This document shows positions 1 through 8,608 of a DNA stretch of 57,896 nucleotides, in pieces. This stretch comes from Rickettsiales bacterium (lineage in GTDB: Bacteria; Pseudomonadota; Alphaproteobacteria; Rickettsiales; JABSSG01), in NCBI GenBank assembly GCA_018062985.1, contig JAGORE010000003.1, positions 1 to 57,896 on the forward strand. The letters run 5' to 3'. Position 1 is the first letter of the stretch, and every line of letters begins with the position of its first letter. The notes below the pieces were generated by a model that was given only the letters and a program-made list of their open reading frames with translations, had not been told where the DNA came from and did not search any database. The position numbers and the translations under genes are program-made.

Positions 1-98
1 TTATTAGACACCGCATTAAAACTTGGATGTATTAATGATTCTTTTAATAATTCAACATTTTTAAATGTATAATTTAATTTCTTATACAAAAGGTCCAT
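1..98 (-). CDS. rnc: Ribonuclease III, N-terminal part; the gene runs off the window start
   Basis: A minus-strand ATG at 98 opens MDLLYKKLNYTFKNVELLKESLIHPSFNAVSN. This fits the RNase III N-terminal signature region (L..ALTH.S). It sits directly downstream of lepB, as in the canonical lepB-rnc operon. Confidence 0.6.
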   Translation of the reverse strand, partial: MDLLYKKLNYTFKNVELLKESLIHPSFNAVSN

Positions 99-103
99 AT
101 TTT

Positions 104-808
104 CTAATTTACCTTCTGAAAAGTTCTATTAAGTCTAAAATCTCTAACCATACCAAATAAGTTATAGGTCTCAAGAGTCGCTGAAGAAAAGAAAATATGA
201 GTTACACGACCCAATATATTTTCCTTAGGAACAAAACCCATAAAATAAATATCTCTGCTATCTCTAGAAAAATCTCTATTATCTCCCATAAAGAAATAAT
301 GCCCCTCAGGCACAGCATGTACCGGAGTATTGTCAAAATCGGTATTTTCATTAAAATCCAAGATTGTAATAGTTTTCTGATCTGTTAGTTTTTCTGCATA
401 TTGAGAAAAGCTAATATTACCCGATGTGAATTTATCTTTTAAAAGTGTTTGCTTTATTTCGTTTCCATTAATATACAGAGTACCGTTAACAACTTGAATC
501 TTATCTCCAGGCTCTCCAACAAGTCTTTTTACATATACTTTATCAAGCTCAAACACTACAACATCTCCTCTTTTTGGCTGAGAAAATTCTAGAACTCTAC
601 CTTTAAATATTTTAGGTGAAAAAGGAAAAGAATATCTGCTAATTCCATAAATATACTTATTTACAACTATTCTATCTCCTTCTAATAAATTAGGTAACAT
701 AGATGAACTAGGCACAAGATAAGGCTCAAATAATACAGACCGCACTAAAATAACAAACAAAATAGTAAGCGACAACTCCACAATATGTTTTAATAAACTT
801 TTTTTCAT
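104..808 (-). CDS. lepB: Signal peptidase I
   Basis: 234-aa ORF with an N-terminal TM helix. It carries the catalytic Ser box SSSMLPNL, the Lys box VKRLVGEPGD and the GDNRDFSRDSR box. Confidence 0.9.
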   Translation of the reverse strand: MKKSLLKHIVELSLTILFVILVRSVLFEPYLVPSSSMLPNLLEGDRIVVNKYIYGISRYSFPFSPKIFKGRVLEFSQPKRGDVVVFELDKVYVKRLVGEPGDKIQVVNGTLYINGNEIKQTLLKDKFTSGNISFSQYAEKLTDQKTITILDFNENTDFDNTPVHAVPEGHYFFMGDNRDFSRDSRDIYFMGFVPKENILGRVTHIFFSSATLETYNLFGMVRDFRLNRTFQKVN

Positions 809-809
809 A

Positions 810-2336
810 TCACCGTATTAATAAACTATTACCTGTCATTTCTTTAGGCTTCTTTAAACCTAATAAATCTAATATGGTTGGCGCAATATCTGCTAAACCA
901 CCATCGTGTACTCTAGCATTTTCTAAATTATGATCAACCATTATAAATGGCACAGGATTAATTGTATGAGCCGTATGATCAGAACAATTACTATCATCAA
1001 ACATAAGCTCTGCATTACCATGGTCTGCGGTAATAATCAACGTACCGTTTATCTCTTGAGAGAGCTTATATAACATTCCCAAACAATGATCAATAGCTTT
1101 AACAGCTTCTACAGTTGCATTATAATTTCCTGTATGCCCTACCATATCTGCATTAGCATAATTTACCAAACAAAAATCATATCGTTTTTTCCCAAACTCT
1201 GACACTATTGTAGTAGTCACTTCATACGCAGACATCTCTGGTTTGAGGTCATATTTTTCTACTTTTGGAGATGGCACTAAAATTCTTTTTTCTAAGTTGT
1301 TTATCTTTTCTTCACCAGCATCAAAGAAAAAAGTGACATGAGCATATTTCTCAGTTTCAGCTACTCGAAGTTGAGACATTTTGTGTTTATCAAGTATATC
1401 AGTCAAAATATTACTATACCTTTCTGGCTTTAAAATTACCTCTACATAAGCATCCAGAAGACTTGAATATTGAGTCATTGTGAAAACATTAATCTCCTCA
1501 TAAACATTACGGAGACGACTAAAGCCTTTAAACTCAGGTAAAACAATAGAGCTAACAATCTGCCTCATTCTATCAGCACGAAAATTAGCAAATATAACAA
1601 CATCACCTTTGGCTACACCAAGATAATCATCGGCAACCACAGGTTCAATAAACTCATCAAAAATCTTATGTGTATATGATCGATCTATATAATCTAAAAT
1701 ATTATCTTGTTGAAATGTCAAACCTTTACCACAGATAATAGCGTTATATGCCTTCTCTGTCCTTTCGTATCTATTATCCCTATCCATAACATAATATCTA
1801 CCAGAAATAGACTTTATCTGCGCATTAACGTTTTGATCACAAAACTGTTGAATTTGTGCTAAATATTTTTTAGCTGATTTTGGCAACGTATCTCTACCAT
1901 CTGTTATGACATGAAAATACACAACAATATTTTCTATAACATAATATTGCGCCAAATCTAAGATATGATTTATATGAGAATGCACACCTCCGTCTGAAAC
2001 TAGGCCAACAATATGACATACTTTACCTAGGTTAGGCTTGGTATTGCGTAAATTTTTGAGTCGCTCTTTATTGTTTTGCAATGTATCAGAAACACGCAAT
2101 AAGTCTTGCTTGAATACTCTTCCTCCACCTATGGTCATGTGACCCACTTCAGAATTGCCCATTTGCAATGATGGCAACCCAACATATTCTTCAGAAGCAA
2201 AAAGTTTAGAATGAGGAAATTTTTTAAGAAAAAATTGATAGTTCGTGGGATTAGCTCCATAAATAGCATTATAATTTTTGCTATCGCTAATTCCCCAACC
2301 ATCTAAGATACATAAAATTACAGGCCTATGCGACAT
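810..2336 (-). CDS. gpmI: 2,3-bisphosphoglycerate-independent phosphoglycerate mutase
   Basis: 508 aa with the motifs ILDGWG, GNSEVGH, DGRD, ADMVGHTG and ADHGNAE typical of iPGM. Its start overlaps the phoU stop by 1 nt (TAATG). Confidence 0.93.
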   Translation of the reverse strand: MSHRPVILCILDGWGISDSKNYNAIYGANPTNYQFFLKKFPHSKLFASEEYVGLPSLQMGNSEVGHMTIGGGRVFKQDLLRVSDTLQNNKERLKNLRNTKPNLGKVCHIVGLVSDGGVHSHINHILDLAQYYVIENIVVYFHVITDGRDTLPKSAKKYLAQIQQFCDQNVNAQIKSISGRYYVMDRDNRYERTEKAYNAIICGKGLTFQQDNILDYIDRSYTHKIFDEFIEPVVADDYLGVAKGDVVIFANFRADRMRQIVSSIVLPEFKGFSRLRNVYEEINVFTMTQYSSLLDAYVEVILKPERYSNILTDILDKHKMSQLRVAETEKYAHVTFFFDAGEEKINNLEKRILVPSPKVEKYDLKPEMSAYEVTTTIVSEFGKKRYDFCLVNYANADMVGHTGNYNATVEAVKAIDHCLGMLYKLSQEINGTLIITADHGNAELMFDDSNCSDHTAHTINPVPFIMVDHNLENARVHDGGLADIAPTILDLLGLKKPKEMTGNSLLIR

Positions 2337-2995
2337 TACTTACCTAACTTATCACCTGTAACAATATAATAAACGATCCTTGCTAACTTTTTAATATAAT
2401 CACCTAAACGCTCTATGTTCTTGATAGAAATAGTAAATTGCATAAGAGAGTTAACGTTGCTTGATAAACTATTTTTTGACTGCGCCGTACGATTCATTAA
2501 ATTCGAATATATTTTATCAATTTCAAGATCCAAAGACATTACATCTAAAGCCTCTTTTATATCTGAAGCTTTATAAGCATGTGTGACTTTCTGCAACATA
2601 TCAGAAACTAGCTCATTCATTCTTTGTATATCATCTAAAAACTCTTTAGGAATATCCACTTCTATTCTTTCGCGACGATTGACTATATGTTTTGATATAT
2701 CGCCCATTCTCTCAATAACAACTGACATTCTTAATGCAGAAATAACATGTCGAAGATCAATTGCAACGGGTTGACGCGTTGCCAAAACTAAAATTGCACA
2801 TTCGCTTATTTCTTTATCAATATCATTAACTTGCTTATCTATCTCATGTATCTTCTTTAAAATCTCAGGATGAAATTCCTTTAAAGCAGCAGAGTGCAAC
2901 TGAAACATTTCCAGTAATAATTTACTAGCTTTACACACAAGTAATTCCAAATGATGTAGATCTTTATCGTACGACTTGATAGTGTGGCGTTTCAT
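2336..2995 (-). CDS. phoU: Phosphate signalling/transport regulator PhoU
   Basis: 219 aa with the two-repeat PhoU architecture (...LATRQPVAIDLRHVISALRMSVVIERMGD... and ...FTISIKNIERLGDY...). Confidence 0.85.
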   Translation of the reverse strand: MKRHTIKSYDKDLHHLELLVCKASKLLLEMFQLHSAALKEFHPEILKKIHEIDKQVNDIDKEISECAILVLATRQPVAIDLRHVISALRMSVVIERMGDISKHIVNRRERIEVDIPKEFLDDIQRMNELVSDMLQKVTHAYKASDIKEALDVMSLDLEIDKIYSNLMNRTAQSKNSLSSNVNSLMQFTISIKNIERLGDYIKKLARIVYYIVTGDKLGK

Positions 2996-3139
2996 TATTT
3001 CTCCGTTATATCAATGTGATTTATTTTACTCAAGATATAAATAGAGGTCAAGACTTATAAAAACCTATAATAAGTCTTACACATACCCAATACTAACCCT
3101 TGTTTTTTACCAAGGGGTTAATAAATGTTAAATTTTATA

Positions 3140-3168
3140 TTGACAACATTAAATGTATGTATTATTGT
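3140..3168 (+). promoter_or_regulatory. Sigma70-like promoter: TTGACA, 17-nt spacer, TATTGT
   Basis: A perfect -35 hexamer lies at 3140-3145. A 17-nt spacer separates it from the -10-like TATTGT at 3163-3168. No CDS follows on this strand. Confidence 0.4.
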
Positions 3169-3174
3169 ATGGCT

Positions 3175-3246
3175 TGTTAAAGAGTAATTCTCTTTATTTG
3201 TAAATTCCCTCTCTATAAAGGCCGCCCTAACCCGGTGGCCTTTTTT
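3175..3246 (+). ncRNA. Candidate small RNA of about 70 nt: hairpin, CU-rich linker, intrinsic terminator
   Basis: The promoter above is followed by a perfect 7-bp hairpin, TAAAGAG-taatt-CTCTTTA (3178-3196). Next comes a linker containing AUUCCCUCUCU. It ends in a GC-rich terminator hairpin (3220-3240) plus T6 (3241-3246). Confidence 0.35.
3220..3246 (+). terminator. Rho-independent terminator, strong on the + strand and weaker on the - strand
   Basis: GGCCGCC-ctaaccc-GGTGGCC forms a 7-bp stem with one G-U pair, followed by TTTTTT. On the minus strand only TTT follows the stem. Confidence 0.7.
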
Positions 3247-3291
3247 ATTATATAAATCATAAGACTGAAAATAACTTTTGATATCAGAATC

Positions 3292-4350
3292 CTAATCCGT
3301 AGAAGCAACTACTCCTATAGCACATACTTCTAAATCGCTCCGCAAAACTCCGTCACTAAATGCACAGCTAATGTCATCTTCTGTAACCTGACCTGGCATC
3401 ACTTGAAATTTCAGCGCCTTAGCTACAGAAAGTTGCATACCGTAAAAATCACTACCACTCAAACCAAGATCATTACCATCCGTTTTTAATGCTGAGAACA
3501 TTGTCGTCGTTGCTTCTTTGTAACATTTAGATCTAATGTCTTCTGAACTTATACCAGTATAACTTCCGTATTTATATAACTGCCTTGCAAAGATTGGAAT
3601 AACTGAAAATAATGGCGTTTTAAATTGAGATTGCTGCTTATATACTTCCCTCATTTCTGATATTTCATGACAAAAAGTTACGTTGTTTATTAAAGAAACA
3701 TCGACAGAAACTTTATACAATACATCTTGTCTTAATTTCGCTATATTGTCGTTATATTCCTGTCTGAGACCATCCAAATAAGGAGTATTAAACAGCCTAA
3801 TTCCGAACATTGTTGGCAGAAATTTTATGGACTCAAAATTATAAACAATATCATCAAATGATGTACCAAAATCACCAACTCTTTTTAAACCATAATAAAT
3901 AGCCTTAGCGTATCTCACAGAATAAGTGTTCTGAATATTGCCCTGGTATGAAGAATAGCAAAGATCTACTGCCACTACACTGCCTGTAACAAATGGATGA
4001 GCACCAACAACTTTTGTCATAAATACTAAGTGGTTTATGACTGTTTCGGCACCCAAAAAAGCCATCTGTACTTCTGAAGAAAGAGTAGCTTTTGTCACAT
4101 TGAATTCTGCTTGACCATAATTATAATATGAATAAGCCATATCAGCAGATAATATAACGTTAGATAAAGCCGCTCCATGTACTGTACCTTTATCAAGCTT
4201 TGACTGAAATATAGCAACTCCAGTTATACCATAAAAGCCAAATAAAGGTATCTTCCCGACCATATGCTCAATAAACATTCCAAAGCCTATACCAGAAATA
4301 GCTGAACGGGCAAAATTAAAAGAATACAGCAGCACTTGATTACGATTCAT
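3292..4350 (-). CDS. Hypothetical protein (orphan, 352 aa)
   Basis: Long uninterrupted ORF downstream of ubiA on the same strand. I recognise no motif. The N-terminus is Gly/aromatic-rich and hydrophobic (SAISGIGFGMFIEHMVGKIPLFGFYGITGVAIF) and there is no classical signal peptide. Confidence 0.6.
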   Translation of the reverse strand: MNRNQVLLYSFNFARSAISGIGFGMFIEHMVGKIPLFGFYGITGVAIFQSKLDKGTVHGAALSNVILSADMAYSYYNYGQAEFNVTKATLSSEVQMAFLGAETVINHLVFMTKVVGAHPFVTGSVVAVDLCYSSYQGNIQNTYSVRYAKAIYYGLKRVGDFGTSFDDIVYNFESIKFLPTMFGIRLFNTPYLDGLRQEYNDNIAKLRQDVLYKVSVDVSLINNVTFCHEISEMREVYKQQSQFKTPLFSVIPIFARQLYKYGSYTGISSEDIRSKCYKEATTTMFSALKTDGNDLGLSGSDFYGMQLSVAKALKFQVMPGQVTEDDISCAFSDGVLRSDLEVCAIGVVASTD

Positions 4351-4411
4351 ATTAACCTACATCTTAGATTTATAAGCAGCATTTACCATATTAAAATAAT
4401 AGATTCAATTA

Positions 4412-5269
4412 TTATAATGTTATAGACAATAACAATAGCGAGATTAAAACTAAAAAACCCAAAAATACATTAGACTTAAACCTAATTAAACAATTAGATG
4501 CTGATAATCTATTCAATGTTTTTACCTGCCAGAGCATCTGCATGGCTACAAGGAGTAACACTAAGTAATACAAGATAGAGGCTCTATAAAATATTCCTAC
4601 AAAAACCAAGGTTAGCAAAAATATAGCATAACACATTAAGAGAAATAAAGCGGAATACCTATGAGACGATATAGACGCAGACTTTATACCTATTTTCTCA
4701 TCACATTCTTTATCTTGATAACCATAAATAGTATCGTAACCAAATGTCCATAAAATACAGCCTAAATATAATAGCATAACCACAAGATCTAAATGCTGCA
4801 TCATATATACAAAGCTTATAATAATTCCAATATTAAAAGTAAAACCCAGAAACAATTGCGGATAACCAAATAGTCGTTTCATAAAAGGATATACCAAGAC
4901 CAATAACACTGAAAAAATACCAACATAAATGGCATACAAACCAAGACTAAATAGAATAATAGCACCAGCGATAAACAATAAAACAGCAAGTGTTGCTGCG
5001 TTAAAAACCGAGATACTCCCAGAAGCAATTGGCCTACTCATTGTCCGCTTTACTTTTTTATCTATATCACGATCGATAATATCGTTAACAATGCAACCAG
5101 CAGCCCGCATAACAATACTTCCATATAAAAACAACAAATAATTTCCAAACGAAACCTCTCTAAAAAAGCTTGCATATGCCAAACCAAAAGCACATGGCAA
5201 AAACAACAACATAAAGCCAGTTGGCTTATCAAGACGCATTAATTTACAGTATTCAAAGAAGATTTGCAT
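4412..5269 (-). CDS. ubiA: 4-hydroxybenzoate polyprenyltransferase
   Basis: Polytopic membrane protein with LMRLDKPTG near the N-terminus and the NDIIDRDIDKKVKRT (NDxxDxxxD) motif. The ORF-track start at 5305 is a TTG, so I prefer the ATG at 5269 (MQIFFEYCKLMRLDKP). Confidence 0.88.
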   Translation of the reverse strand: MQIFFEYCKLMRLDKPTGFMLLFLPCAFGLAYASFFREVSFGNYLLFLYGSIVMRAAGCIVNDIIDRDIDKKVKRTMSRPIASGSISVFNAATLAVLLFIAGAIILFSLGLYAIYVGIFSVLLVLVYPFMKRLFGYPQLFLGFTFNIGIIISFVYMMQHLDLVVMLLYLGCILWTFGYDTIYGYQDKECDEKIGIKSASISSHRYSALFLLMCYAIFLLTLVFVGIFYRASILYYLVLLLVAMQMLWQVKTLNRLSASNCLIRFKSNVFLGFLVLISLLLLSITL

Positions 5270-5338
5270 AGATTTATTGATTTTTCTAAGAAAACACACT
5301 AACAATATATATAATTTTCTTATTAATTAGAATGGATT

Positions 5339-7858
5339 ATGGATAAGTTTGAACAAAAATACAACCATAAAGATGTAGAAAAAAAGTGGCAAGATACTTG
5401 GTATAATAGTGATTTATACTATTGGAATGATAACATTTCCAAGAGCGATTCTTTTATAATAGATACCCCTCCACCAACCGTCTCTGGCATTCTACATATG
5501 GGCCATATTTTTAGCTATACGCAAACTGATTTTATAGCCAGATACCAAAGAATGTGCGGTAAAAATGTTTTTTATCCTATGGGTTTTGATGACAATGGCT
5601 TGCCCACAGAACGTCTTGTAGAAAAAACTTTTAAATTAAAAGCCAACTCTATACCAAGAAACGAATTTCAGACTCTTTGCTACAAAGTTATTGATGAAGC
5701 AGAGCAAGAGTTTTACAAACTTTTTTGTGGAATCGCACTAAGCGTAGATTGGAGACAAAAATATCAAACTATTAGCAATACAACAAAGACACTTTCGCAA
5801 ATGTCCTTTATAGACTTATACGAGAAAAACGAAATATATAGGACTCTAGAACCATCACTATGGGATCCCACAGATAAAACTGCATTAGCTCAAGCAGATC
5901 TAGAAGAAATTGAAATGAAAGGAATAATGAATACCTTATCATTTAAACTAGAAGATGGAAACATAATAAAAATTGCCACCACACGCCCAGAACTTTTACC
6001 AGCATGCGTTGCTGTATTCTTTCATCCAGAAGATACTCGTTACACATACCTAAAAAATAAACATGCAACCACACCAATTTTTGGCACAAACATACCTTTA
6101 ATTGCTGATGACCAAGTTCAACAAGACAAAGGAACAGGCTTAGTAATGTGTTGCACCTTTGGTGATACAAAAGATATTGAATGGTGGAAAAAACATAAAC
6201 TACCAACACGCATCATACTAACAAAAAATGGTACAATTGATTTACGTAATAAACTAGAAAATTCAAGCTTTGATTTTGAAGACACTAAAATTTTACAAAA
6301 TGCTGTCGAAAAATTAGAAGGGCAAAATATACAATCTGCAAGACAAATAATGATAGAGTTACTAGATACCCAAGGCTATCTAATTGAACAAGAGCATATA
6401 AAACGACCTGTAAAATGCGCTGAAAGATCAAAAACACCCGTAGAGATCATAGTAACCCCACAGTGGTTTATAAGAATTCTTGATAAGAAACACGAACTCC
6501 TTAAAAAATCTCAAGAATGCAATTGGAACCCTCCATATATGAGTAAGCGTCTTGAGCACTGGATTGATGGATTGAATTGGGATTGGTGTATTAGTAGACA
6601 AAGATTTTTTGGCATACAATTTCCTGTATGGTACTCCAAAAGAAAAGGCGAAGAAGGCAAAATAATCGTCGCAACAAAAGAACAACTTCCTATAGATCCA
6701 ATCACAACAGCTCCAACAGGATATTCTCTAGATGAAGTAGAGCCAGATTATGACGTAATGGATACATGGGCCACTAGCTCCATAACCCCCCAATTAAACG
6801 CACATGCAATAAACAATGACTTTACTCTAAATAAAGATCGTTATAACAAACTTTTTCCTGCAGATATGCGCCCTCAAGCACATGAAATTATTAGGACATG
6901 GACATTTTATACTATGGCAAAATCGTTACTACATAGCAACTCTTTGCCCTGGAAAAACACTGTCATTAGTGGCTGGGTTTTAGCTGCAGACAAAACAAAA
7001 ATGTCAAAATCAAAAGGCAATATTATAACTCCTCATGAACTTATTGAAGAAAGCAGTGCGGATGTAATACGATACTGGGCTTCAACCTCAAAACTAGGCA
7101 ATGACATTGCTTATTCTGACCAGATGTTCCAAATAGGAAAGAAGCTGATTACTAAATTATGGAATGCCTCAAAGTTTGTCTTGAGTCATATAAATGGACA
7201 TCACGCTACTGCACAATTTTCACATTTAACAGACAAATGGATACTATCAAAATTACATAACACCGTTAGAGAAGCATCAAGAGAAATGAATAATTTTGAA
7301 TACTGCACAGCAAGAACAATCATCGAAACATTCTTTTGGAAAGATTTTTGTGACACTTATTTAGAATTAATTAAAGTAAGAGTATACGATCAAAACAATA
7401 CAGATCCTGAAGGTAAAATCAGCGCAATAAACACTCTGCACTTTTTATTAAATACAATTCTTAAACTATTTGCACCATTCTTACCTCATATCACTGAAGA
7501 AATACACAATATTATTTTTTCTAAGACCTCTATACACTCGAAATATACCTGGCCACAATACACACAAATAGCATGTTGTAGCCAATCAGAAAAACTAGGA
7601 GATATTATAGTTGCAGTCTTAGAGTTGATACGAAAATTCAAAACAGAACAGAAAATGTCCTTAAAAACTGAACTTGATACTGTACATATTATTACAACAA
7701 ACCAAGATACTGCAGATTTATTAACCACAAATCCATTAACTGATCTTAAAAATGCTGCAAATACTAAAAAAATATGTATAAATAGTAAAAGCATTATCAA
7801 AAATGATTCTTCAAAAGAGATATCAAATGAGAATTTTAAGTTAATAATTTATACTTAA
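5339..7858 (+). CDS. valS: Valyl-tRNA synthetase, short form without the C-terminal coiled coil
   Basis: 839 aa with the class I motifs ILHMGH and KMSKSKGN, the WCISRQR block and PMGFDDNGLPTE. It ends soon after the anticodon-binding region. Confidence 0.93.
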   Translation: MDKFEQKYNHKDVEKKWQDTWYNSDLYYWNDNISKSDSFIIDTPPPTVSGILHMGHIFSYTQTDFIARYQRMCGKNVFYPMGFDDNGLPTERLVEKTFKLKANSIPRNEFQTLCYKVIDEAEQEFYKLFCGIALSVDWRQKYQTISNTTKTLSQMSFIDLYEKNEIYRTLEPSLWDPTDKTALAQADLEEIEMKGIMNTLSFKLEDGNIIKIATTRPELLPACVAVFFHPEDTRYTYLKNKHATTPIFGTNIPLIADDQVQQDKGTGLVMCCTFGDTKDIEWWKKHKLPTRIILTKNGTIDLRNKLENSSFDFEDTKILQNAVEKLEGQNIQSARQIMIELLDTQGYLIEQEHIKRPVKCAERSKTPVEIIVTPQWFIRILDKKHELLKKSQECNWNPPYMSKRLEHWIDGLNWDWCISRQRFFGIQFPVWYSKRKGEEGKIIVATKEQLPIDPITTAPTGYSLDEVEPDYDVMDTWATSSITPQLNAHAINNDFTLNKDRYNKLFPADMRPQAHEIIRTWTFYTMAKSLLHSNSLPWKNTVISGWVLAADKTKMSKSKGNIITPHELIEESSADVIRYWASTSKLGNDIAYSDQMFQIGKKLITKLWNASKFVLSHINGHHATAQFSHLTDKWILSKLHNTVREASREMNNFEYCTARTIIETFFWKDFCDTYLELIKVRVYDQNNTDPEGKISAINTLHFLLNTILKLFAPFLPHITEEIHNIIFSKTSIHSKYTWPQYTQIACCSQSEKLGDIIVAVLELIRKFKTEQKMSLKTELDTVHIITTNQDTADLLTTNPLTDLKNAANTKKICINSKSIIKNDSSKEISNENFKLIIYT

Positions 7859-7862
7859 ACCT

Positions 7863-8606
7863 ATGAAAAAACTCCTGGCGCTCTTAATATTAATCTCCAT
7901 CTCAAGTTGTGCACCAGCTGTTTTTAGTGGCACAGCATTTGGTGGAAAGTTACTCATGCAAGACAAAACTATCGGGGAGTCTTTCAGTGATACATCTATC
8001 TGGACAAAAATCAAATCAAAAATGATTCATAAGAAAATAGATAATTTATTTGGCAGCATCAATATTAAAGTCAACGAAGGTAGAGTATTACTAACAGGCA
8101 CCGTTCCAAATCGAGAATCTATAGTAGAGATCCTAAAAATTTGTTGGGATACACAAGGAGTCAAAGATGTAATTAATGAACTACAATTAGAGAAAAAAGG
8201 ACAAGGATCTATAGTAATTTATGCTAAAGATTCATGGATTACTACGCAAGTAAGAAGCAAATTACTTTTCTCAGGTATAAAATCTATAAACTTCTCTGTA
8301 GAAACAATTGATGGAGTAGTTTACTTATTTGGTATTGCGCTTTCGCAATCTGAATTAAAAGATGCCACTACAAAAATATCAGCTATCAATGGCGTAAAAA
8401 AAATCCTATCTTATGTACGAGTAACAAAAGATATAACCGACAGAATAAAAAACACTAAAGGACAAAAATTAAAGCACGAATATCTTGATATTGAGGATAT
8501 AGAAGATACAAATTCCAAAGCATCAAATCAAAAATTTGGAAAAGTAGCAATACAGGAAGATGAAGATGATGAAGACGATATCTTTGACAAAGATGATGAA
8601 TCATAA
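7863..8606 (+). CDS. BON-domain lipoprotein (OsmY-like) with a polyacidic C-terminal tail
   Basis: Signal peptide with lipobox (LILISISSC). There are two BON-like units (INIKVNEGRVLLTGTV...GVKDVINEL and FSVETIDGVVYLFGIA...GVKKILSYVRV). The tail is EDEDDEDDIFDKDDES. Confidence 0.75.
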   Translation: MKKLLALLILISISSCAPAVFSGTAFGGKLLMQDKTIGESFSDTSIWTKIKSKMIHKKIDNLFGSINIKVNEGRVLLTGTVPNRESIVEILKICWDTQGVKDVINELQLEKKGQGSIVIYAKDSWITTQVRSKLLFSGIKSINFSVETIDGVVYLFGIALSQSELKDATTKISAINGVKKILSYVRVTKDITDRIKNTKGQKLKHEYLDIEDIEDTNSKASNQKFGKVAIQEDEDDEDDIFDKDDES

Positions 8607-8608
8607 AC

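Noticed and set aside
3050-3078. A 9-bp inverted repeat, AAGACTTAT-(11 nt)-ATAAGTCTT, and the nearby CCCTTG-loop-CAAGGG hairpin upstream of phoU.
   Set aside because: They are weak, AT-rich or short stems without a following U-run. I cannot distinguish them from chance or from ordinary 5'-UTR structure. They are noted only as context for the sRNA candidate.
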